In this document: positions 50,962 to 61,713 of the stretch, one piece after another
How positions within the stretch are numbered: the stretch's first letter is position 1
Layout of the letters: each line of letters begins with the position of its first letter
DNA from: Alphaproteobacteria bacterium
Lineage (GTDB): Bacteria; Pseudomonadota; Alphaproteobacteria; UBA828
Assembly (NCBI GenBank): GCA_963422645.2
Contig: CAXXVO010000014.1
Location: 353,226 to 417,225 of the forward strand
Length of the DNA: 64,000 bases
Reading direction: 5' to 3'
Program-made: the position numbers and the translations under genes
The notes under the pieces: model-generated
Database searches by the model: none
Seen by the model: only the letters and a program-made list of their open reading frames with translations
Told to the model about the DNA's origin: nothing

Positions 50962-51927
50962 ATGCCGAAGGTAATCATACACGATGCGATTGACGAGGCC
51001 GGGCTCAACGTTCTGAGGAGCCGGTCCGACCTGGAAATCTGCGAGGTCGCCCGTGACGACGACGAGACGCTTCACCGCGAGATTGTGGATGCGGATGGCT
51101 TCATCCTGCGCTACTTGCCGTTGCGCGCCGAGGCGCTCAAGGCATCGACCCGGCTCAAGGTGATCGCGCGGCATGGCGTCGGCTGCGACAACATCGACCT
51201 CGAGGTCGCGTCCGCACGGAAGATCCCGGTGGCCACGGTGGGCGACGCCAACGCCGTGACGGTCGCCGAGCTGACCCTCTTCTTCATGCTGGCGACGGGA
51301 AAGAGGGCCCGTCACTACGACGACTCCGTAAGGCGCGGCGACTTTCTCGTGCGCGAGGCCGCCGATCATCTCGAACTTTACGGGCAAAGCGTGCTGATCG
51401 TCGGTTTCGGGCGCATCGGGCAGCGGGTGGCGGCGCGCTGCCGCGCCTTCGAGATGAGGGTCGAGTGCTGCGATCCCTACATTCCGCAGCAGGACATCGT
51501 CGATGCCGGCTGCACGGCGGTGGCCGATCTCGCCGAGGCGCTGCCGCGCGCGGACTACGTCACCGTCCATGTGCCGCTCAACGACGAAACCCGCCATTTG
51601 ATCGACCGGGCGGCGCTGGCCCGGATGAAGCCGGGCGCAATCCTCGTCAATGCCGCGCGGGGGCCGATCGTCGATGGCGGAGCGCTCCACGATGCGCTCC
51701 AGTCGGGGCATCTGGCGGGCGCGGGCCTCGATGTCTTCGACGAGGAGCCGCCGCGACTCGACGACCCGCTGCTCGCACATCCGGCAACCGTGCTCATGCC
51801 GCACATGGGAGGCTCGTCCCGCGGCGCCTTCATCCGCATGGCGACGCAATGCGCGCAGCACGTCCTCGACGCGCTCGACGGCAAGCTCGATTCTTCCTTT
51901 GTAATCAATCCAGAAGCCCTCGATTGA
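50962..51927 (+). CDS. D-2-hydroxyacid dehydrogenase (SerA-like)
   Basis: GVGCDNID, GFGRIG, VNAARG, LDVFDEEP, PHMGG. Confidence 0.9.
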   Translation: MPKVIIHDAIDEAGLNVLRSRSDLEICEVARDDDETLHREIVDADGFILRYLPLRAEALKASTRLKVIARHGVGCDNIDLEVASARKIPVATVGDANAVTVAELTLFFMLATGKRARHYDDSVRRGDFLVREAADHLELYGQSVLIVGFGRIGQRVAARCRAFEMRVECCDPYIPQQDIVDAGCTAVADLAEALPRADYVTVHVPLNDETRHLIDRAALARMKPGAILVNAARGPIVDGGALHDALQSGHLAGAGLDVFDEEPPRLDDPLLAHPATVLMPHMGGSSRGAFIRMATQCAQHVLDALDGKLDSSFVINPEALD

Positions 51928-52034
51928 CGACGGCCCCCGGCGCGGCGACCGGAGCCTCAATCACCAACGCGTGAGTACCGCCCGGACAATGGGGGGTTGG
52001 CGCGCGCGTAACTTGCGTGTCATAGGGGCCTGCC

Positions 52035-53045
52035 ATGAGGCGGCGCAAACTGAGAATCGGGCTGAAGCCCGCGCGCATGGCGGCCGGTGCGGTGCTTCTC
52101 GGCGCGCTCTTGACGGGTGGCGCAATGGCACAGGAAGAGGGGGCTGAGAACTTCGCCGAGTGGCGCGAAGGGGTGCGCAGCGAGGCACTCGATCTCGGCA
52201 TCAGCCCCGCGACCTTCGACGCGGCATTCTCGGGCATCGAGCCGATCCCGCGCATCATCGAGCTGGACCGCTCCCAGCCCGAGACCACCATCACCTTCGC
52301 CCAGTACCTGGAGCGGGTGGTGCCCGATTCGCGCGTGGCGCAGGGCAGGGAGCTGCTCGCCACCCACCGCGCGCTGCTCGAGCCGATCGGGCGCGAGTAC
52401 GGGGTCCCGCCGCGCTTCATCGTCGCGCTTTGGGGCATCGAGACGAGCTTCGGCAAGTTTCTCGGCGGATTTCCGGTGATCGGGGCGCTGGCGACGCTCG
52501 CGCACGACGGCCGGCGCAGCGCCTATTTCCGTCAGGAGCTGCTTGAGGCGCTTCGAATTCTGGAGGACGGCCACATCACGCCCGACGCGATGGTGGGGAG
52601 CTGGGCCGGCGCCATGGGGCAGAGCCAGTTCATGCCGTCGAGCTTCGTGCGCTATGCGGTGGATCACGACGGCGACGGCAAGCGCGACATCTGGGGCACC
52701 CACGCCGATGTCTTCGCCTCCGCGGCCAACTATCTCGCGCAGGCCGGGTGGCGCGAGGGTGAGACCTGGGGCCGGCAGGTTCAGCTGCCTGCCGGCTTCG
52801 ATCCGGCCCTTGCCGACCTGAAGGTGAAGAAGCCCCTCGCCGAATGGCAGGAGCTGGGCCTCCGCCGCGCGAATGGCGCAGACCTGCCGCAGGCCGCGAT
52901 GAGCGGATCGGTGGTCCTGCCCGGCGGGGAAGAGGGGCCCGCGTACCTCGTCTACGACAACTATCGGACGATCATGCGGTGGAACCGCTCATTCTACTTC
53001 GCGACATCCGTCGGCCTGCTGGCCGACAGGATCGGGAGCCGGTAG
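52035..53045 (+). CDS. Lytic murein transglycosylase (MltB-like)
   Basis: WGIETSFG, GSWAGAMGQSQFMPS, DHDGDGKRD. Confidence 0.92.
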   Translation: MRRRKLRIGLKPARMAAGAVLLGALLTGGAMAQEEGAENFAEWREGVRSEALDLGISPATFDAAFSGIEPIPRIIELDRSQPETTITFAQYLERVVPDSRVAQGRELLATHRALLEPIGREYGVPPRFIVALWGIETSFGKFLGGFPVIGALATLAHDGRRSAYFRQELLEALRILEDGHITPDAMVGSWAGAMGQSQFMPSSFVRYAVDHDGDGKRDIWGTHADVFASAANYLAQAGWREGETWGRQVQLPAGFDPALADLKVKKPLAEWQELGLRRANGADLPQAAMSGSVVLPGGEEGPAYLVYDNYRTIMRWNRSFYFATSVGLLADRIGSR

Positions 53046-53064
53046 CGGTCGGCAGGTCCGGCCC

Positions 53065-54015
53065 GTGACTCGAACGCCGCTTCTCCTCGCCTCGTTGGCG
53101 CTCTGCGTGATCGCGTTCGCGGGCTGCAGCGAGATGAAGCGCGCGCTTCATGTCGTCAAGCAGATCAATCGCGAGACCCAGGAGACGCAGCCGCTGCCTC
53201 GCGCCGCCCAGGGCCAATACAAGCTCGGCTCGCCCTACGAGATCGACCAAGCCTGGTACTACCCGAGCTACGACCCCCACTATAACCGGACCGGAATCGC
53301 CTCCTGGTATGGGCCCGCGTTCCACGGCCGGCCCACCGCCAACGGCGAAGTCTTCGACATGAACGCGGTGACCGCCGCGCATCCGACGCTGCCGCTGCCG
53401 AGCCGTGTCCGCGTGACCAATCTCGAGAACGGGCGGCAACTTGAAATGCGGGTCAACGACCGCGGCCCCTTCGTCGACGAGCGGCTGATCGACCTCTCCC
53501 GCCGCGCCGCGCAGCTTCTCGGCTTCCATCGCAAGGGGTTGGCCAAGGTTCGCGTCGAGTACCTCGGCCTCGACCACGTGGAGCCGGACGTGCCCTGGCC
53601 CGCCGAAGCGCCGGCCGTCGTCGTTGCCGCTGCGGCTGGGCCTGACGTCGCCGCCAAACCCCGCTGGACACCGCAGCCAGCCGGGGAGGAGCTGCTGCCG
53701 CCTGAAAAGCCGGGTCGAAGGGCAAGCGTGAGCCCACCGCGGTCGCCGGAGACGCAGACTGTCGCGGCCACCGGCTCGCGGAGGCTGCTGGTCGAAGCGG
53801 CGGTTCTGGGCGGGCGCGATGCTGCCCGCCGCCTGGGCGAACGCGTGCGCACGCTCGGCACCGTCGCGGTCCAGCCGGAACGGCGTAAGGGCCGCGTGGT
53901 CTATGCGGTGCGCATCGGCCCGGTGGACTCGGACGATGAGGCGGCGTTCATCCTGGCCGAGCTCAATCGCGCCGGGTTCAGGGATTCGCAAATCGTTGTC
54001 GCGGGATACCGCTGA
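53065..54015 (+). CDS. rlpA: Septal lytic transglycosylase RlpA (lipoprotein, SPOR domain)
   Basis: Lipobox FAGC, GIASWYG, TAAHPTLPLP, VNDRGPF. Confidence 0.92.
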   Translation: MTRTPLLLASLALCVIAFAGCSEMKRALHVVKQINRETQETQPLPRAAQGQYKLGSPYEIDQAWYYPSYDPHYNRTGIASWYGPAFHGRPTANGEVFDMNAVTAAHPTLPLPSRVRVTNLENGRQLEMRVNDRGPFVDERLIDLSRRAAQLLGFHRKGLAKVRVEYLGLDHVEPDVPWPAEAPAVVVAAAAGPDVAAKPRWTPQPAGEELLPPEKPGRRASVSPPRSPETQTVAATGSRRLLVEAAVLGGRDAARRLGERVRTLGTVAVQPERRKGRVVYAVRIGPVDSDDEAAFILAELNRAGFRDSQIVVAGYR

Positions 54016-54115
54016 CGGCAGGCTGGCGCCGGTGCGAGAGGTGCTTGGCCCGCCCCCGGGCGAGGGTGTAAACCTTGGTGCCTGCCCCGACGCGATGCGG
54101 AGGAACCGGAACCAG

Positions 54116-55297
54116 ATGATCGATCGAACCCCCGTGCGCCGGCGTGCCGGCCTCGCCGCTCTCTACTGTGCCCTCTGTCTCTGCCTGAGCGGTGCCCTCA
54201 TCGCCGCACTGCAGCCTCGGCCGGCGGAAGCGGTCGATACCGAGGCGGAGCAGTTCATCCTGATGGACGCCGGGACCGGCATGGTGCTCGCCGAGAAGAA
54301 CGCGGACGAGCCCATGTACCCGGCCTCCATGAGCAAGATCATGACGCTCTACGTCGTCTTCGAGCACCTGGCGGACGGCCAGCTCGACCTTGAGGACACC
54401 TTTACAGTCAGCAAAAAAGCGTGGCGTATGAAGGGGTCACGCATGTTTCTTGAAGTTAATTCCAAGGTCACCGTCAGCGAGTTGCTGCGTGGGGTCATCG
54501 TGCAGTCGGGCAACGACGCGAGCATCGTGCTGGCAGAAGGCCTGGCAGGCTCGGAGGCCGGCTTCGCCGACCTGATGAACGAGACAGCCGCCGAGCTTGG
54601 CCTCGACGACAGCTACTTCACCAACGCGACCGGCTGGCCGGATCCCGATCACATCACGACGGCGCGCGATATCGCCGAGCTGTCGCGGCGCATCATCGTG
54701 GACTTTCCCGAGTACTACCCGATGTTCGCCGAGAAGAGCTACACCTACAACGGCATCAAGCAAGGCAACCGCAACCCGCTGCTTTACCGCTACGACGGGG
54801 CCGACGGCCTCAAGACGGGATACACGCAGGCCTCGGGCCACGGCCTCGCGGCATCGGCGAAGCGCGGCGAGCAGCGCCTGGTGCTGGTCGTGAACGGCAT
54901 CAACGGCGTCGATGCCCGGGCGCGGGAATCGGAACGCCTGCTCAGCTACGGCTTTCGGGCGTTCAAGACCTACGTTCTGTTCCGCGCGGGCCAGGTGGTG
55001 GACACCTTCGAAGTCTGGCTCGGCGAGGCCGACGCGCTGCCCCTGGTCGCCGAGAGCGACATCGTGCTGATGATGCCGCGCAAGTCCCGCAAGAGCATGG
55101 AGGTGAAGATCGTGGCCGACGGCCCGATTGCGGCGCCGGTCGAGCAGGGCGCGCGGGTGGCCACCCTGGTGGTGAGCGCGCCGGACGTGGAGACGCGCGA
55201 GTGGCCGCTGCTGGCCGGCGCCTCGGTGGACAGCCTCTCCGGCTTCGGCCGAATCGGAGCCGCGATCGACGCGCTGGTCTGGGGCCGGGGCGGATAG
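54116..55297 (+). CDS. dacA: D-alanyl-D-alanine carboxypeptidase
   Basis: PASMSK (SxxK), SGN, KTG. Confidence 0.92.
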   Translation: MIDRTPVRRRAGLAALYCALCLCLSGALIAALQPRPAEAVDTEAEQFILMDAGTGMVLAEKNADEPMYPASMSKIMTLYVVFEHLADGQLDLEDTFTVSKKAWRMKGSRMFLEVNSKVTVSELLRGVIVQSGNDASIVLAEGLAGSEAGFADLMNETAAELGLDDSYFTNATGWPDPDHITTARDIAELSRRIIVDFPEYYPMFAEKSYTYNGIKQGNRNPLLYRYDGADGLKTGYTQASGHGLAASAKRGEQRLVLVVNGINGVDARARESERLLSYGFRAFKTYVLFRAGQVVDTFEVWLGEADALPLVAESDIVLMMPRKSRKSMEVKIVADGPIAAPVEQGARVATLVVSAPDVETREWPLLAGASVDSLSGFGRIGAAIDALVWGRGG

Positions 55298-55322
55298 GAA
55301 CCGGCGACCGACGCGCCGCGGA

Positions 55323-55961
55323 ATGACGCGCGGACGCTTCATCACGCTCGAAGGCGGCGAGGGCGCCGGAAAGACCGTTCAGGCCGCCCGGCTTCGCGAT
55401 GCGCTCGAAGCACGTGGCGTCGGGACAGTCCTGACCCGCGAGCCCGGCGGCTCTCCCGGTGCCGAAGAAATCCGAAGGCTTCTCGTCTCGGGCCCCGTGG
55501 AGCGCTGGGAGCCGCTGGCCGAGGCCATGCTGCACGCAGCCGCGCGGCGCGATCACCTACTGCACACCATCGAGCCCGCGCTGGAGCGCGGCCTCTGGGT
55601 CATCTCCGACCGCTTCGTGGATTCGATGATCGTCTACCAGGGCTACGGCCAGGGCGCCGACCTCGACGTCGTGGAGCGTATCAGCGACCTCTCCCTCGGA
55701 GGATTCAAGCCGGATCTGACGGTGGTGCTGGACATTCCGGTGGCGGAAGGGCTCAGGCGGGCCGGCGCGCGCGCGGGATCGAATCGCTACGAGCGTATGG
55801 GCACCGACTTTCACGAGACGGTGCGGCGGGGCTTCCTCGCCCGAGCGGAAGCTGATGAGGGACGGTTCGCGGTGGTGGACGCGACGGCGGACCCCAACAC
55901 GGTCGATCGTGCGATCCTCGAGATCGTGGCGGCGCGGTTCCCGGTCTCGTTCGATGACTGA
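55323..55961 (+). CDS. tmk: Thymidylate kinase
   Basis: FITLEGGEGAGKT, TREPGG, DRF. Confidence 0.96.
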   Translation: MTRGRFITLEGGEGAGKTVQAARLRDALEARGVGTVLTREPGGSPGAEEIRRLLVSGPVERWEPLAEAMLHAAARRDHLLHTIEPALERGLWVISDRFVDSMIVYQGYGQGADLDVVERISDLSLGGFKPDLTVVLDIPVAEGLRRAGARAGSNRYERMGTDFHETVRRGFLARAEADEGRFAVVDATADPNTVDRAILEIVAARFPVSFDD

Positions 55962-57030
55962 GAGCGCCGATTCGGCCTTCGCCTGGCCGCCTCCGCGCGA
56001 GAGTCCGCATCTCGTCGGGCACGGGGCTGCCGCCGGGGCGCTGGTGGACGCGTGGCGCAGCGGGCGGCTCGCCCACGCTTGGCTGATCGCGGGCCCGCGC
56101 GGCATCGGCAAGGCGACGCTGGCCTACCGCTTCGCGCGCTTCGTGCTCGCGGGCGGAGACGGGGGCCACGCCGGGTTGACGATGGCGCCGGAGCATCCGG
56201 TCTTTCGCCGAATAGCAGCCAGCGGGCACAGCGACCTCGCGGTCATCGAGCGAGGCCTCGGCGACCGGGGCCGGCTCCGCGCCGAAATCGTGTTGGACGA
56301 TGTGCGCAAGGCCAACGCCTTCCTCTCGCTCACGGCGGGCGAGGGCGGCTGGCGGGTGGTGATCGTCGATGCGGCGGACGAGATGAACCGGAACGCCGCC
56401 AACGCCCTGCTCAAGCGCCTGGAGGAGCCGCCCGGCCGCGTGCTCTTCCTCCTGGTCAGCCACACACCGAGCCGGATGCCGGCGACGCTGCGCTCGCGCT
56501 GCCGCCTGCTCTCGCTCGCGCCGCTGCCGGCGCCGGCGCTGGAGGGGCTGCTGGCGGACGCGATGCCCGGCTTGCCGGGGGCGGAGCGCCGCATACTCGG
56601 GCTGCTCGCCGAAGGCAGCCCCGGCCGCGCGGCGGCGCTGGCGGAGCAGGGCGGGGTCGCGCTCTATCGCCGCCTCATAGGCCTCGTCGGCGCGCTGCCG
56701 GCGCTCGACGCGCGGCCGCTGCACCAGCTTGCCGACGGGCTCTCGGGCCGGGACGGGGTCGACCGCATGCGCACGCTCTCCGAGCTGATCCTCTGGTGGC
56801 TCGGCCGCTCGATCAGGGCGGCGGCGCGCGGCGAGCTCGAGAGCATGGAGGAGGTCGTGCCGGGCGAGAAGGCGAGCGCGGCGCTCATCCAGGGAGCCGC
56901 GCTTGATCGCTGGGTCGGCGTGTGGGAAAACCTCGGCCGCTCGTTCGCGGAGGCAGACGGGCTCAACCTTGACCCCCGGCAGGTCCTGGTCGGCGCATTC
57001 ACGGCGCTGCAGGAGGCCGCGCGGGCCTGA
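55954..57030 (+). CDS. holB: DNA polymerase III delta' subunit
   Basis: HAWLIAGPRGIGKAT, AANALLK.LEEPP, RSRC. Confidence 0.95.
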   Translation: MTESADSAFAWPPPRESPHLVGHGAAAGALVDAWRSGRLAHAWLIAGPRGIGKATLAYRFARFVLAGGDGGHAGLTMAPEHPVFRRIAASGHSDLAVIERGLGDRGRLRAEIVLDDVRKANAFLSLTAGEGGWRVVIVDAADEMNRNAANALLKRLEEPPGRVLFLLVSHTPSRMPATLRSRCRLLSLAPLPAPALEGLLADAMPGLPGAERRILGLLAEGSPGRAAALAEQGGVALYRRLIGLVGALPALDARPLHQLADGLSGRDGVDRMRTLSELILWWLGRSIRAAARGELESMEEVVPGEKASAALIQGAALDRWVGVWENLGRSFAEADGLNLDPRQVLVGAFTALQEAARA

Positions 57031-57049
57031 ACCGCAGGACCGGAAGCCG

Positions 57050-58609
<1,560 letters not shown>

Positions 58610-58617
58610 GCTAAGAA

Positions 58618-59427
58618 GTGAGCACGCGGATGCTGGTCGATAGCCACTGCCATCTCGATTTTCCCGACTTCGGCGACGATATCGAGGGCGTGCTCGCGCG
58701 CGCGGCCGAAGCCGGCGTCGGCACGCTGCAGACGATCTGCACGCGGGTGACGCAATTCGATCCGGTCCGCGCCCTGGCCGAGGCTCACGCGCCGATCTGG
58801 TGCTCGGTCGGGATCCATCCGCACCACGTGGCCGAGGAGCCGGAGACGAGCGCCGACCACCTGGTGCGCATGGCCGAGCATCCCAAGAAGGTCATCGGGA
58901 TCGGCGAGACCGGGCTGGATTTCCACTACGACAACAGCCCGAGGCCGCAGCAGGAAGCCAGTTTTCGCCAGCATATCGCGGCGGCGCGGGAGACCGGGCT
59001 GCCGCTGATCGTGCACACGCGCTCTGCGGACGAGGACACCTGCCGAATCCTGCGCGAGGAGGCGGGGAAGGGGGCCTTCCCCGGCGTCATCCATTGCTTC
59101 AGCGCAGGTCGCGCGGTCGCCGAGACCGCGCTCGCCATCGGGTTTCATGTTTCGTTCTCGGGGATTCTCACCTTCAAGAAGGCCGAGGAGGTGCGCGCCG
59201 TCGCCCGCGAGGTGCCGGTGGACCGGCTGCTGGTGGAGACCGATGCGCCCTATCTGGCGCCGGTGCCCCATCGCGGCCGGCGCAACGAGCCCGCGCACGT
59301 GGTGCATACCGCAGCCCGGCTCGCCGAGATCAAGGGGCTGGACGAGGCCGAATTGGCCCGCGCGACGACGGAGAACTTCTTCAGGCTCTTCTCCAAGGCA
59401 ACGCCCCAACACATTGAAGTGACATGA
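58618..59427 (+). CDS. tatD: TatD family DNase
   Basis: DSHCHLD, GIHPH, GETGLD, ETDAPYLAP. Confidence 0.95.
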   Translation: MSTRMLVDSHCHLDFPDFGDDIEGVLARAAEAGVGTLQTICTRVTQFDPVRALAEAHAPIWCSVGIHPHHVAEEPETSADHLVRMAEHPKKVIGIGETGLDFHYDNSPRPQQEASFRQHIAAARETGLPLIVHTRSADEDTCRILREEAGKGAFPGVIHCFSAGRAVAETALAIGFHVSFSGILTFKKAEEVRAVAREVPVDRLLVETDAPYLAPVPHRGRRNEPAHVVHTAARLAEIKGLDEAELARATTENFFRLFSKATPQHIEVT

Positions 59428-60194
59428 AAGTTACCGTTCTCGGATGCGGCACATCGAGCGGGGTCCCGGTGATCGGCTGCGACTGCGCGGTGTGCCGCTC
59501 GTCCGACCCCCGCAACCGCCGGCGCCGGGTCTCGGTGCTGGTCGAAGCGGACGACACCCGGCTCTTGATCGACACGCCGCCGGACCTGCACGCGCAACTG
59601 GTCGATGCGGAGGTCGCGCACCTGGATGCGGTGCTCTACACCCACGGCCATGCCGACCACGTGCACGGCATCGACGACCTGCGCTCGATCAACTTTCATA
59701 CGGGCCGGGAGCTCGACACCTATGGCTCGGCCGCCACGCTGGCAGCCATAAAGGGGCGCTTTGCCTACGCTTTCGAGCCCATGGGCACGCGCGGATGGGC
59801 CAAGCCCAGCCTGAATCCGATCCCGGTCGACGCTCCCTTCAATGCGGCCGGCATCGAGGTGACACCATTCCCGCAGGAGCACGGGCGCAGCATCACCACC
59901 GGCTACCGGATCGGCGCCATGGCGTACTCGACCGACGTGAAGGTGTTGCCGGAGGAGGCCTTCGCCGCGCTGGAGGGCGTCAAGCTCTGGGTCGTCGATT
60001 GCCTGGGCTACAGCGAGCATCCCACGCATGCGCATCTCGACATCACGCTCGAATGGATCGCGCGGGTGAGGCCGGCGCTTGCGGTGCTGACGCACATGTC
60101 GCACCAGTTCGACTACGAGACGCTGCAGAGCGCATTGCCGGCCGGCGTGGTGCCGGGGCACGACGGGCTTGTGATCGACACGGATGCACTGTGA
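59424..60194 (+). CDS. MBL-fold metallo-hydrolase (PhnP-like)
   Basis: LGCGTSSGVP, THGHADHVHGIDDLR. Confidence 0.92.
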   Translation: MKVTVLGCGTSSGVPVIGCDCAVCRSSDPRNRRRRVSVLVEADDTRLLIDTPPDLHAQLVDAEVAHLDAVLYTHGHADHVHGIDDLRSINFHTGRELDTYGSAATLAAIKGRFAYAFEPMGTRGWAKPSLNPIPVDAPFNAAGIEVTPFPQEHGRSITTGYRIGAMAYSTDVKVLPEEAFAALEGVKLWVVDCLGYSEHPTHAHLDITLEWIARVRPALAVLTHMSHQFDYETLQSALPAGVVPGHDGLVIDTDAL

Positions 60195-60243
60195 TGCGCC
60201 GCTCAAGCCATTGTACCGACACATATTCTGTGACCTGCCCATT

Positions 60244-60271
60244 ATTTTCCATAATATATCTTATGCGAATT
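60244..60271 (-). promoter_or_regulatory. dif: dif-like XerC/XerD recombination site
   Basis: Minus strand reads AATTCGCATAA-GATATA-TTATGGAAAAT, the same 11-6-11 layout as E. coli dif GGTGCGCATAA-TGTATA-TTATGTTAAAT. Lies in an AT-rich intergenic gap. Confidence 0.8.
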
Positions 60272-60384
60272 AGCTCTCAAGGCAGCCAGACGGACCGGAC
60301 GGCTCACCGGGCAACCTGCGCGGGGCTGCCCGGCCCCCGGCACACCCCCTCATTTCCATCCGCGTGCGACACGGAAACGGAACG

Positions 60385-61284
60385 ATGAGCGACGCAGCGC
60401 CGCCTCGCCACGAGGACAACGACGACGCGCCCGGTGCGCGGGCCGCCGGCATCGATCGACTGATCGAGGTGATGGCGCGGCTGCGCGACCCGGCGGCCGG
60501 CTGCCCCTGGGACCTCGAGCAGAGTTTTGCCACCATCGCGCCCTACACCATCGAGGAAGCCTACGAGGTCGCCGAGGCGATCCGGCAGGACGACCGCGCG
60601 GCGCTCCGCGACGAGCTCGGCGACCTGCTGCTGCAGGTGGTCTTCCACGCCCAGATGGCGCGGGAGGACGGCAGCTTCGACTTTGACGAGGTCGCGCGCG
60701 GCATCGCGGACAAGATGATCCGCCGCCACCCCAACGTCTTCGGTGACGACGAGACCGACGCGCGGCACTCGGCGCCGGCGCAGATGCTGGCCTGGGAGAC
60801 CCAGAAGGCCGTCGAGCGCGAGGCCAAGGCCGAGGCCGAAGGGCGCACGCCCAGCGTGCTGGACGGGGTGGCGTTGGCCCTCCCTGCCCTGCTGCGCGCC
60901 GAAAAGCTGCAAAAGCGCGCGGCGCGCGTGGGCTTCGACTGGCCGGGGCCCGAGCCGGTCTACGACAAGGTGCTCGAAGAGGTGGCCGAGCTGCGCGATG
61001 CCGCGCGGGCGCCGGCGGCGGAACGCGGGGCGGCGCTTGCCGAGGAGGTCGGCGACCTGCTCTTCGCCTGCGTCAATCTCGCCCGCCACATGCGGGTCGA
61101 GCCCGAGGCCGCGCTCCGCGCCGCCAACGCCAAGTTCACCGCGCGTTTCCATCATATCGAGGCGGCGCTGGCGGAGACGGGACAGAACGCTCGGGACGTG
61201 GGACTCGCGGAACTGGACCGGCTGTGGGAGGAAGCGAAGCGAGCGGAGCGGACGCCATCGACCAAGCCGACGCGGGGCGAATAG
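60385..61284 (+). CDS. mazG: Nucleoside triphosphate pyrophosphohydrolase MazG
   Basis: GCPWDLEQ, IEEAYEV, ELGDLLLQVVFH, EEVGDLLF. Confidence 0.95.
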   Translation: MSDAAPPRHEDNDDAPGARAAGIDRLIEVMARLRDPAAGCPWDLEQSFATIAPYTIEEAYEVAEAIRQDDRAALRDELGDLLLQVVFHAQMAREDGSFDFDEVARGIADKMIRRHPNVFGDDETDARHSAPAQMLAWETQKAVEREAKAEAEGRTPSVLDGVALALPALLRAEKLQKRAARVGFDWPGPEPVYDKVLEEVAELRDAARAPAAERGAALAEEVGDLLFACVNLARHMRVEPEAALRAANAKFTARFHHIEAALAETGQNARDVGLAELDRLWEEAKRAERTPSTKPTRGE

Positions 61285-61430
61285 CACCGTTTCACTCGCC
61301 TTGGCCGCCCGTTCCCGCCCCGGATGGCGGAGCGGGTCAATGTCCGGCTTAATGGGCTTGCGTCCTGTCAACTTGGCTATCGCCCCGCCGGATGGGTACT
61401 GTTCCCTCCACTCCAATCATTCACCCACTT

Positions 61431-61525
61431 CGTCATGCCCGGACTTGTTCCGGGCATCTCTCTCAACCAACTCCGTTTGAGAGTGAGTTGCTGTATGGAT
61501 GGCCGGAACAAGTCCGGCCATGACG
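61431..61525. repeat. REP-like inverted palindrome doublet
   Basis: CGTCATGCCCGGACTTGTTCCGGGCATC ... GATGGCCGGAACAAGTCCGGCCATGACG. Confidence 0.8.
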
Positions 61526-61552
61526 TGAAGGGGGTGTTGCTCGCTCGAGGCG

Positions 61553-61713
61553 CTAAGTACCTTCGGCCTCTTGGTGCTTATTGACCAGATAAGCTGCGAA
61601 GGAGGCGCAGGCACCGTACATGAACAAGGCATCGTCTACGTCCACGTCTGCGGCGTCCCGCTCTATCAAGGCATGACGAACTCCTTGTTCGTCGTTTGTA
61701 TAACCGTACAGAC
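61553..61713 (-). pseudogene. C-terminal fragment of a HEPN-like (AbiJ-related) protein cut by element A
   Basis: LYGYTNDEQGVRHAL...DDALFMYGACASFAAYL, lower GC than the flanks. Confidence 0.55.
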
